DNA of 64,000 nt from Longimicrobiales bacterium. Lineage in GTDB: Bacteria; Gemmatimonadota; Gemmatimonadetes; Longimicrobiales; Gaopeijiaceae. The notes beneath the pieces were generated by a model. It saw only the letters and a list, made by a program, of their open reading frames with translations. It was not told where the DNA came from and searched no databases. Positions 28,041-36,262 of the stretch are shown here, piece after piece; position 1 is the first letter of the stretch, and each line of letters starts with the position of its first letter. The stretch spans positions 6,666-70,665 of the forward strand of contig JBJKSF010000076.1 in assembly GCA_046704285.1 (NCBI GenBank), given 5' to 3'. The translations under genes were made by a program, and so were the position numbers.

Positions 28041-29435
28041 CTACGCCAGCTCCCGCACCGCCTTGACCAGGTCCGACATGGACTGCTTCGCGTCGCCGAA
28101 GAACATCAGCGTGTGGTCCATGTAGAAGAGGTCGTTGTCGATCCCGGCGAAGCCCGGCGACAGGCTCCTCTTCATGACGATCACGCGACGCGCCTTGTCC
28201 ACGTCGAGGATCGGCATCCCGGCGATCACGCTGTCGGGCTCGCGCGCGGCCGGGTTGCACACGTCGTTGGCGCCCACGATGAGCACCGCGTCCGTGTTCG
28301 GGAACTCGTCGTTGATCTCTTCGAGCCCGTAGAGCTTGTCGTAGGGGACGTCCGCCTCGGCGAGCAGCACGTTCATGTGCCCGGGCATGCGGCCCGCCAC
28401 GGGGTGCACCGCGTACTTGACGTCCACCCCGCGCTCTTCGAGCAGGTCGGCGACCTTGCGCAGCTCGTGCTGCGCCTGGGCCACCGCCAACCCGTAGCCC
28501 GGCACGATGATGACCGAGTGCACGTAGCCGAGCTCCGCCGCCACGGCGTCGGCGTCGGCCGAGTGGACCGGACGCTTCCCGATCCGGGTCTTGTCCACGT
28601 GGGCGCTTCCGCCGAAGGCGCCGAAGGCGACGTTGGCGAGCGAGCGGTTCATCCCCTTGCACATGATCATGGTGAGGATGATGCCGGACGCCCCGACCAG
28701 CGCACCGGCGACGATCAGCACCATGTTCATGAGGATGAAGCCCGCCGCGCTGCCCGCCAGCCCGGAGTACGAGTTGAGCAGCGAGATCACGACGGGCATG
28801 TCGGCGCCGCCGATCGGGATCGTGAGCGTCACGCCCAGGATCAGCGACAGCGCGGTGACGATCCAGAACAGCGTCATCGGCGAGCCGTGGTAGCCACCGA
28901 CGCCCATGATCATGGCGCCCAGCACCAGGATGGCCAGGAAGATGACCGCGTTGATCGTCTTCTGGAGCGGATACGTGATCGGGTTGCCGGTCATCCACTC
29001 CTGGAGCTTCAGGAACGCGACCATCGATCCGGAGAACGTCACGCCACCGATGAGGATCCCGAGGATGATGCTCACCCCGTGCGTGTCCAGGCCGATGTGG
29101 CCGCGGATGTTCAGGAACTCGATGATCGCGACCAGCGCCGAGGCGCCACCGCCGAAGCCGTTGAACAGGCCCACCATCTGCGGCATCTGGGTCATCTTGA
29201 CCCAGCGCGAGGACGCGGCCCCGAACGCGCTCCCGATGAGGACGCCGATGGCGATCTCGCTCCAGGACAGGACCTGGTTGCCCACCAGCGTCGCCACCAG
29301 GGCGAGGAGCATCGCGAGCGCGGCGATCAGGTTGCCTGCGCGCGCCGTGGCCGGGGACTGGAGTCGCTTCAGGCCCCAGAAGAAGAGGATCGAGGAGACG
29401 AGGTAGGCCAGCTCGACGGCCATGTGCACGCTCAT
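28041..29435 (-). CDS. pntB: NAD(P) transhydrogenase subunit beta
   Basis: Multi-TM N-terminus plus a C-terminal NADP(H) domain (VIIVPGYGLAVAQAQH, HPVAGRMPGHMNVLLAEA, GANDVCNPAA). Confidence 0.93.
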   Translation of the reverse strand: MSVHMAVELAYLVSSILFFWGLKRLQSPATARAGNLIAALAMLLALVATLVGNQVLSWSEIAIGVLIGSAFGAASSRWVKMTQMPQMVGLFNGFGGGASALVAIIEFLNIRGHIGLDTHGVSIILGILIGGVTFSGSMVAFLKLQEWMTGNPITYPLQKTINAVIFLAILVLGAMIMGVGGYHGSPMTLFWIVTALSLILGVTLTIPIGGADMPVVISLLNSYSGLAGSAAGFILMNMVLIVAGALVGASGIILTMIMCKGMNRSLANVAFGAFGGSAHVDKTRIGKRPVHSADADAVAAELGYVHSVIIVPGYGLAVAQAQHELRKVADLLEERGVDVKYAVHPVAGRMPGHMNVLLAEADVPYDKLYGLEEINDEFPNTDAVLIVGANDVCNPAAREPDSVIAGMPILDVDKARRVIVMKRSLSPGFAGIDNDLFYMDHTLMFFGDAKQSMSDLVKAVRELA

Positions 29436-29448
29436 GGTTGGCCTCCCC

Positions 29449-29727
29449 TCACCGCTTCTTGAAGAAGGCCAGCATGCGGTCGGTCACCATGAAGCCGCCG
29501 ACCACGTTGATCGCGCCCATCGCGAGCGCGACGATGCCCAGCACGACCTGCGTCGTGCCGTGCGCCTCGCCGGCCACGATGAGAGCGCCGACCATCGAGA
29601 TGCCGGAGATCGCGTTGGACCCGGACATCAGGGGGGTGTGCAGCGTCGGGGGGACCTTCGTGATCACCTCGCGCCCCGCCAGGGTCGCGAGGGTGAACAC
29701 GTACAGTCCGATCATCAGCTCGCCCAT
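29449..29727 (-). CDS. pntAB: NAD(P) transhydrogenase subunit alpha part 2
   Basis: A 92-aa three-helix membrane protein (VFTLATLAGREVI..TPLMSGSNAISGI) sitting between pntAA and pntB. Confidence 0.88.
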   Translation of the reverse strand: MGELMIGLYVFTLATLAGREVITKVPPTLHTPLMSGSNAISGISMVGALIVAGEAHGTTQVVLGIVALAMGAINVVGGFMVTDRMLAFFKKR

Positions 29728-29788
29728 GAGTCCTCCTCGGATTCGGGCGTCACGGTGTTCGTTGTCGGGGAGGCGGCACGGTGGGGTG

Positions 29789-30931
29789 TCACGCGTCGAG
29801 GGCCTGCTTGACCCGCTCGTTCACGACCTCGCCCTGGTGGGTCACGGTCGCCGGGCCGACGACGTCGTTCTCGAAGTTCAGCTCGAGGACGCCTGCCTTG
29901 CTCACGAACTCGCCCACGAGCGTCACGATGTTCTTCGAGTACATCTGGCTCGCGTGGACGGGGATCGTGGACGGGACGTTGTCGGGACCGAGGATGTGGA
30001 CCTCGTGCGCGAGCACGCTTTCGCCGTGCCGGGTGAGCTCGCAGTTGCCTCCGCTCTCCGAGGCGAGGTCGACGATGACCGAGCCGGGCTTCATCGACGC
30101 GACCATGTCGGCCGTCACGAGCACCGGCGCCCGGCGCCCCGGGACCTGCGCGGTGGAGACGACGAGGTCGGCGTCGTGGATGTGCGCGGCGATCAGCTCG
30201 AGCTCCTTCTTGTGCTGCTCCTCGGAGAGCTGGCTGGCGTAGCCGCCCTCACCCTCGGCGACCACCTCGTGCTCCGTCTCGAGGAACTTGGCCCCCAGGC
30301 TCTGCACCTGCTCCTTCACGGCCGGCCGGACGTCGAAGGCCTCCACCACCGCACCGAGCCGCTTCGCGGTCGCGATCGCCTGCAGCCCCGCGACCCCCGC
30401 GCCGAGAACCAGCGCCTTGGCGGGCCGGATCGTGCCCGCGGCCGTCGTGAACATCGGCAGGAAGCGGGGGAGATGGTCGGCGGCTATGAGGACCGCCTTG
30501 TAGCCCGAGACCGTCGCCTGGGACGACAGAGCATCCATGGACTGGGCGCGCGTGATGCGCGGGACCAGCTCCATGGAGACGGCGGTGACCTTGCGCGCGG
30601 CGAGCTTCCTCACCAGGTCGAGGTTCACCAGGGGATTGAGGAACGAGACGAGCACCGTGCCCTCGCCGAGTCCGGAGACCTCGTCGGGGGACGACACCGA
30701 GGGCGGGTTGATGCGCAGGACGATGGCGGCGCCGTTCGAGGCCTCGGATGCGCTCGCCGCCACCGCGGCGCCCGCCTCCCGGTACGCGTCGTCCGACGCT
30801 CCCGCCCCAGCTCCGGCTCCCGACTCGACGGCGACTTCCATCCCCGACTTGATGAGGGCCTGGACGCCCTGGGGTATCACCGCGACCCGGCGCTCCCCCG
30901 TGCGTGTCTCCTTGAGGACGGCGACCTTCAT
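29789..30931 (-). CDS. pntAA: NAD(P) transhydrogenase subunit alpha part 1 (alanine-dehydrogenase-like dI domain)
   Basis: MKVAVLKETRTGERRVA, the Rossmann motif VLGAGVAGLQAIATAKRLGA, and MKPGSVIVDLA. Internal ATG at 30931 chosen. Confidence 0.92.
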   Translation of the reverse strand: MKVAVLKETRTGERRVAVIPQGVQALIKSGMEVAVESGAGAGAGASDDAYREAGAAVAASASEASNGAAIVLRINPPSVSSPDEVSGLGEGTVLVSFLNPLVNLDLVRKLAARKVTAVSMELVPRITRAQSMDALSSQATVSGYKAVLIAADHLPRFLPMFTTAAGTIRPAKALVLGAGVAGLQAIATAKRLGAVVEAFDVRPAVKEQVQSLGAKFLETEHEVVAEGEGGYASQLSEEQHKKELELIAAHIHDADLVVSTAQVPGRRAPVLVTADMVASMKPGSVIVDLASESGGNCELTRHGESVLAHEVHILGPDNVPSTIPVHASQMYSKNIVTLVGEFVSKAGVLELNFENDVVGPATVTHQGEVVNERVKQALDA

Positions 30932-31120
30932 GGACCCGCTCCTTCGTGGATCTCGGTTTGTCAGATGGGAATGCGCCGCGCGGGCGCTCCCGTGCCAGCC
31001 GGGCGGCCGTATGGTATCCGGACCCGCCGACCGACACAAGCGGGCATTTCCCTACGCTTGCGGTGGGCGAACTCCCGGCCCAAGGTACCGAATTCCACGT
31101 CGCGACCGAAGGAGACGGAG

Positions 31121-32896
31121 ATGAGCGAGTCCGCTACGGAGGGTGAGGGGGGCGAAGGCGCGGGGGACACCTGCGCGAAAGGATCGACGATCCAGGCGCG
31201 CGGGCTCGACCGGCGCAGCTTCCTGGCCTACTTCTCCGCCGCCGGGCTGGGCGGAACACTCCTGCCCGGCGTCCTGTGGGCGAAGGCTCAGCAGCAGGGC
31301 ACGCTCAGCAGGGAGACCGTGGCGGACGCCGAGAAGGTCGCCGGGCTCTCGTTCACGGAGGACGAGCGGGAGATGATGCTGCGCGGCCTCGACCGGGACC
31401 TGAAGGCGTACGCGGCCCTGCACGAGCGGCCGATCCCGAACGACGTCGCGCCTGCGGTGATCTTCGACCCGATGCTGCCCGGCCGGCGGTACCCGTCCGA
31501 GGTCCGCCCCCTCCGGATGACGCACGAAGAGGTCGCGCGCCCCGCGAAGCTCGAGGACGTGGCGTTCTGGCCCGTGACGAAGCTCTCGGCGCTCCTGCGG
31601 ACCCGCCAGGTGACGTCGGTCGAGCTGACGGAGATGTACCTCGACCGGCTGAGGCGCTACGGCCCCGAGCTGCAGGCCGTGATCACGCTCACCGAGGCTC
31701 GCGCCATGCTGATGGCGCGGCGTGCCGACGCCGAGATCGCGAACGGACGCTATCGGGGGCCGCTGCACGGCGTCCCGTGGGGCGCGAAGGACCTCCTGGC
31801 CGTGAAGGGCTACCCGACGACGTGGGGCGCCCGGCCCTACGAGCATCAGGTCATCGACGAGGACGCCACGGTCGTGAAGCGCCTGGACGACGCGGGCGCC
31901 GTGCTGGTGGCGAAGCTGACCCTCGGGGCCCTGGCGATGGGCGACTACTGGTTCGGCGGCGAGACCCGAAATCCCTGGGACCTGAAGGAGGGATCGAGCG
32001 GGTCCTCGGCCGGGCCCGCGGCGTGCACGGCCGCGGGCCTCGTGGGCTTCTCGATCGGGAGCGAGACGCTCGGCTCGATCATCGCCCCGTCGACTCGGTG
32101 CGGCACGAGCAGCCTGCGGCCCACGTTCGGGCGGGTGAGCCGGACCGGCGCGATGGCGCTCTCGTGGAGCATGGACAAGCTGGGGCCGCTGTGCCGCAGC
32201 GCGGAGGACTGCGCGCTCGTGCTCGCCGCGATCCAGGGAGCGGACGGGATCGATCCCACGGCCCGCACGGTGCCGTTCAACTGGGACGTCGGCGACGGCT
32301 TGAGGGGGCTGCGCATCGGGTACTTCCGGAAGGCGTTCGAGTCCGAGCACCGGGGCAAGGATCTCGACATGGCGGCACTCAAGACGGTGGAGGGTCTCGG
32401 CGTCCACCTCGTGCCCGTCGATCTTCCGGACCAGTATCCCCTGGGGGCGCTGGAGATCATCCTGGACGCGGAGGCGGCCGCGGCCTTCGACGAGCTGACC
32501 CGCTCGGGAAGGGACGCGCTCCTGACCCGCCAGACACCCGGGAGCTGGCCGAACACGTTCCGCACGGCACAGCTCATCCCGGCGGTCGAGTACCTGGAGG
32601 CGAACCGGGTGCGGCGCATGGTCATGGGCGCGCTCGAGGCGGCGCTCGAGGGAATCGACGTGTTCGTCACGCCGTCGTTCGGAGGCAGCGGCAACGACAG
32701 CGTGCTCCTCATGACGAACCTGACGGGACAGCCGCAGGCAGTCGTGCCGAGCGGGTTCACGGAGCGGGGCACGCCGACGAGCATCTCGTTCGTGGGGAGG
32801 CTGTGGGGCGACGCCGACGCGCTGCGCGTGGCGAAGGCGTTCCAGGACGCGACGAGCTACCAGACGAAGCATCCGCCGAAGTTCACGGTGGAGTAG
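31121..32896 (+). CDS. Amidase-signature family amidase with Tat signal peptide
   Basis: Twin-arginine motif LDRRSFLAYFSAAGLGG, the amidase signature GSSGSSAGPAA, and GSETLGSII. The upstream part of track ORF 29438..32896 is antisense to pntA and was discarded. Confidence 0.85.
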   Translation: MSESATEGEGGEGAGDTCAKGSTIQARGLDRRSFLAYFSAAGLGGTLLPGVLWAKAQQQGTLSRETVADAEKVAGLSFTEDEREMMLRGLDRDLKAYAALHERPIPNDVAPAVIFDPMLPGRRYPSEVRPLRMTHEEVARPAKLEDVAFWPVTKLSALLRTRQVTSVELTEMYLDRLRRYGPELQAVITLTEARAMLMARRADAEIANGRYRGPLHGVPWGAKDLLAVKGYPTTWGARPYEHQVIDEDATVVKRLDDAGAVLVAKLTLGALAMGDYWFGGETRNPWDLKEGSSGSSAGPAACTAAGLVGFSIGSETLGSIIAPSTRCGTSSLRPTFGRVSRTGAMALSWSMDKLGPLCRSAEDCALVLAAIQGADGIDPTARTVPFNWDVGDGLRGLRIGYFRKAFESEHRGKDLDMAALKTVEGLGVHLVPVDLPDQYPLGALEIILDAEAAAAFDELTRSGRDALLTRQTPGSWPNTFRTAQLIPAVEYLEANRVRRMVMGALEAALEGIDVFVTPSFGGSGNDSVLLMTNLTGQPQAVVPSGFTERGTPTSISFVGRLWGDADALRVAKAFQDATSYQTKHPPKFTVE

Positions 32897-32903
32897 GTGG
32901 ACG

Positions 32904-32925
32904 GGCCTGCCGGGCTCCGCAGGCC
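32904..32925 (+). terminator. Hairpin after the amidase gene (weak terminator candidate)
   Basis: GGCCTGC, an 8-nt loop, then GCAGGCC (7-bp perfect stem). There is no clear U-tract. Confidence 0.25.
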
Positions 32926-32969
32926 GATTCCGCCATCCCCGCGCCCCGGCCCCCCGCAGAGCTTCGGGC

Positions 32970-34502
32970 ATGCTCGCGCGGATCCTCACGGCGGCCGTGC
33001 AGGGAGTCGACTCCTACCTCGTGCAGGTGGAGGTCAACCTCGCCCCCGGTCTGCCCTCGTTTTCGGTGGTCGGACTGGCCGAAGGCGCGGTGCGGGAGGG
33101 AAGGGAGCGGGTGGGCGCCGCGCTGCGCAACGTCGGTTATCCTCTCCCGCAGCGTCGCATCACGGTCAACCTGGCTCCGGCCGACGTGCGCAAGGAGGGG
33201 AGCGCGTTCGACCTGCCGATCGCGGTCGGGCTGCTCGCCGCCGCCGGCCACGTCGACCCGGAGCGGGTGGGCGGCGCGGCGTTCCTGGGCGAGCTGAGCC
33301 TGAGCGGGGAGCTGCGCCCGGTGCGGGGGGTTCTCCCCGTCGCGGCGCGGTGTCGGCAGTCCGGCGTCCGGAGGCTCGTGGTTCCCGATGCGAACGCGCG
33401 CGAGGCGGCGGTCGTGGAGGGACTCGAGGTCCTGGGGGCGCGCACGCTCGCGGCCGTGTCCGCCCACCTGGACGGCGGGCTCGCTCTGCAGCCCGTGCAC
33501 GTCGATCCCGCATCGCTCCTGGAGGCCGGGGGCCCGGACGGGCTGGACCTCCGGGACGTGCGCGGCCAGGAGCAGGCGAAGCGTGCGCTCGAGGTGGCGG
33601 CCGCGGGCGCCCACAACGTGCTCATGGTCGGCCCACCGGGGTCCGGGAAGACGATGCTCGCTCGGCGCCTGCCCGGCATCCTGCCGCCTTTGACCCTGAC
33701 CGAGGCGATCGAGGTCACGCGGGTCCACTCCGTGGCGGGCAGGATCCCGAGCGGAGCGGCGCTCGTGACACATCGCCCGTTCCGCGCTCCGCACCACACC
33801 GTGAGCGATGCCGGCCTCGTCGGGGGTGGCGTGCCGATCCGCCCCGGCGAGGTCAGCCTGGCGCACCACGGAGTCCTTTTCCTGGACGAGATGGCCGAGT
33901 ACCGCCACAACGTGCTCGAGGTGCTCCGCCAGCCGATGGAGGACGGCCGCGTGCATTTGTCGCGCGCGCGTGGGTCCGCGCGCTTTCCGGCGCGATTCCT
34001 GCTGGTCGGTGCCATGAACCCGTGCAACTGCGGGTATTACGGCGACGGATCGGACCGCTGCGTGTGCGACCCTGCGCAGGTGGCCCGCTACCAGGCGCGC
34101 GTGTCGGGCCCGCTCATGGACCGGATCGACCTGCACATCCAGATGGCGGCCGTGCCGTTCAGGAGCCTTGCCGCCGACCGCGCGGGGGAGTCGAGCGAGG
34201 AGATCCGTGTACGCGTCATCGCGGCGCGCGAGCGCCAGCGAGCGCGGTTCGCCGACCTGGAGGACATCCACGCGAACGGCCAGATGGGCCCGGGGGAGAT
34301 CCGGCGCTGGTGCCGGCCGTCGCGAGCCGTGGCGCGTCTGCTGCAGGAGGGCGTGGATCGCATGGGGCTCTCGGCGCGGGCGTACCACCGGGTGCTCAAG
34401 GTGGCGAGGACGATCGCGGACCTGGAGGGTGCCTCCGAGATCCGGGAGCGGGATGCGGCGGAGGCGCTGCAGTACCGGGGGCTGGACCGGAGCCGAGGGT
34501 AG
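32970..34502 (+). CDS. YifB/ComM family Mg-chelatase-like AAA+ ATPase
   Basis: MLARILTAAVQGVD.., Walker A GPPGSGKTML, GVLFLDEMAEY, and the C-terminal SARAYHRVLKVARTIADL. Confidence 0.92.
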   Translation: MLARILTAAVQGVDSYLVQVEVNLAPGLPSFSVVGLAEGAVREGRERVGAALRNVGYPLPQRRITVNLAPADVRKEGSAFDLPIAVGLLAAAGHVDPERVGGAAFLGELSLSGELRPVRGVLPVAARCRQSGVRRLVVPDANAREAAVVEGLEVLGARTLAAVSAHLDGGLALQPVHVDPASLLEAGGPDGLDLRDVRGQEQAKRALEVAAAGAHNVLMVGPPGSGKTMLARRLPGILPPLTLTEAIEVTRVHSVAGRIPSGAALVTHRPFRAPHHTVSDAGLVGGGVPIRPGEVSLAHHGVLFLDEMAEYRHNVLEVLRQPMEDGRVHLSRARGSARFPARFLLVGAMNPCNCGYYGDGSDRCVCDPAQVARYQARVSGPLMDRIDLHIQMAAVPFRSLAADRAGESSEEIRVRVIAARERQRARFADLEDIHANGQMGPGEIRRWCRPSRAVARLLQEGVDRMGLSARAYHRVLKVARTIADLEGASEIRERDAAEALQYRGLDRSRG

Positions 34503-34581
34503 GATGAGGCGTGCTGGAGCAGGGCGAAGCCCGAGAGGGTCTGTGGACGCGTGGGCTCCGGACGTGCGGGCTCGCGCGCGG

Positions 34582-35316
34582 TCACTTCCTTCCGCCCAAC
34601 AGCCCCTTCATCTCCTTCTTCGCATTCTGCAAGGCGTTGTTCGCCGCCTTCGGCACGACCTCGCCCTTCCGCGCCGCCGCCGTCGCGGCGCGGACGATGT
34701 CGTCCGCGAGCGAGCGCATCAGGTCGGCGGCGAGCTCGGGCGCCGTAACGCCGCCGGTCTTCGTGCCGATGTCCTTGAGCTCGATCGCCGGGAGCGGGAT
34801 GCGCACCGCGGCCTTTCCCGCTCCCAGCCGCACCACGCCGTCACGCATCCGGAAGCGGCGCACCTCGATCCGCAGCGGCTTGCCGTTCCGCGCCTTCGCG
34901 GCGGCGGAGCTGCTGCCCTTCGCGCGGTCCAGGGTGGAGAGGAGGTCGCCGACGTTGCTCGAGACGAGCCTGGTCTCGTAGTCGAACACGGGGCCGTCGA
35001 GGTCGATGTCGTTGATGACGATGTGGCTGCCGAAGATCGACGCGGGTGCGACGCTGATGTGCGCGCGGCGCAGCGAGAGGAGGTCCGCGTCGCTCCACCC
35101 CCTGGGATTGCCGATCACCAACCTCCGGAGCGAGCCGCTTCCCGTGAGCGGCGAGACGCTCGCGGCGCCGAGTGAGACCCGCGTACCGGTGAGCTTCGGT
35201 CCATAGCCGTTCACGGCGTCCCTGACGATGCCGCCCAGGAAGAACGAGGCGACGATGAGGCCGATCACCCCGAGGGCCACGACCACGCTTCCCGCGAGCA
35301 GCAGCTTCTTCTTCAA
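34582..35316 (-). CDS. Hypothetical membrane-anchored protein (AsmA-N/DUF748-like, tentative)
   Basis: The N-terminus (M)KKKLLLAGSVVVALGVIGLIVASFF is followed by a beta-rich region. The TTG at 35316 has an upstream GAGG and is preferred over the GTG at 35361 from the ORF track. Confidence 0.5.
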   Translation of the reverse strand: MKKKLLLAGSVVVALGVIGLIVASFFLGGIVRDAVNGYGPKLTGTRVSLGAASVSPLTGSGSLRRLVIGNPRGWSDADLLSLRRAHISVAPASIFGSHIVINDIDLDGPVFDYETRLVSSNVGDLLSTLDRAKGSSSAAAKARNGKPLRIEVRRFRMRDGVVRLGAGKAAVRIPLPAIELKDIGTKTGGVTAPELAADLMRSLADDIVRAATAAARKGEVVPKAANNALQNAKKEMKGLLGGRK

Positions 35317-35440
35317 TGGAGCCTCGACGTGTGGGAGATTCGCCGCGTCCGCGGCGCCCACCTATGGTGGCTGCCGGAGTCGATCGCAAGGCCTTCTTCG
35401 GACGCGGGGGCCGGCGCGACGCGTGGATGTCGGCGTTGCG

Positions 35441-36262
35441 TCACGGCGCGTCCGCGGGCCGGGTTGCGGGCTTGGCGGCCTTGAGCTTGACCGCGATGCA
35501 GTCGTAGGTCGTTCGTCCGCCCGGATACGAGACCGCGGTGCGCCGCAGCACGCGCCACCCGGCGCTCTGATACGTGCCGTCCTTGCCGATGCCGGCGACC
35601 AGATCGGCGGCGGAGTCGAGCGACTCCATGAGGCTCGCGTTCTGCGTCAGCACGACCGGCTTGGTGTCGGGGATGTTGATGAGGAGGACCGGCTCCACGA
35701 TCAGGTTGGAGAGGTCCGCGAAGGCGGGCGCCTCCGCGGCCGGCCTCGCCTGCAGGCGGATCATGCGGGCCCGCGTGTCGGGCGTCGCGGACTCCTGCGT
35801 GACGTCGATGAGGTCGAGCAGGTAGTTGCGGACGTCGTCGAGGTTCCGGGCGCCGCGGAGCCGGTCGTGGGCGGGGTAGATGTGCACGGCCTTGGCCAGC
35901 GTGGAGACCTCGCGCAGGTAATGGTTGCGCTGGTTGTCGGGGACCAGGTACATGACGACCAGCGACACGCGCTCCCCGTCCCGGGCTCCGTAGTCGATGC
36001 CCGTCGGGCTCCAACCGACGACGCACATCAGGTCCTCGTCGAACGGCAGGCGGGCGTGCGGGCACGCCCAGCCTTTGCCCAACGCCGTGCTCGTGGCCTC
36101 TTCGCGCTTGAGCACGTGTCCGACCACGTCTTCGCCCGCCGGCACCTCGGGGAAGGCCTCGATGATGTGCGCCAGGAACTGGAGCGCATCGACTTTGTCG
36201 TTGTCGGGCAGCTCGAAGAGGCGGCCCTCCTGGAGGGCGTCCAGAAGGCTATCCACGGTCAA
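35441..36262 (-). CDS. PTS EIIA type-2 (PtsN/EIIA-Ntr-like) domain protein with ~120-aa C-terminal domain of unknown function
   Basis: The N-terminal ~150 aa fit the EIIA-2 pattern, including the phosphorylatable His context ALGKGWACPHARLP and LVVMYLVP. The TTG start at 36262 overlaps the mgtA stop (TTGA); an alternative GTG lies at 36256. Confidence 0.7.
   Translation of the reverse strand: MTVDSLLDALQEGRLFELPDNDKVDALQFLAHIIEAFPEVPAGEDVVGHVLKREEATSTALGKGWACPHARLPFDEDLMCVVGWSPTGIDYGARDGERVSLVVMYLVPDNQRNHYLREVSTLAKAVHIYPAHDRLRGARNLDDVRNYLLDLIDVTQESATPDTRARMIRLQARPAAEAPAFADLSNLIVEPVLLINIPDTKPVVLTQNASLMESLDSAADLVAGIGKDGTYQSAGWRVLRRTAVSYPGGRTTYDCIAVKLKAAKPATRPADAP

Noticed and set aside
29438-31120. 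N-terminal 560 aa of the 1152-aa plus ORF 29438..32896
   Set aside because: This part is antisense to pntAB and pntAA. The real amidase starts at ATG 31121, with an SD (GGAGACGGAG) and a Tat signal.
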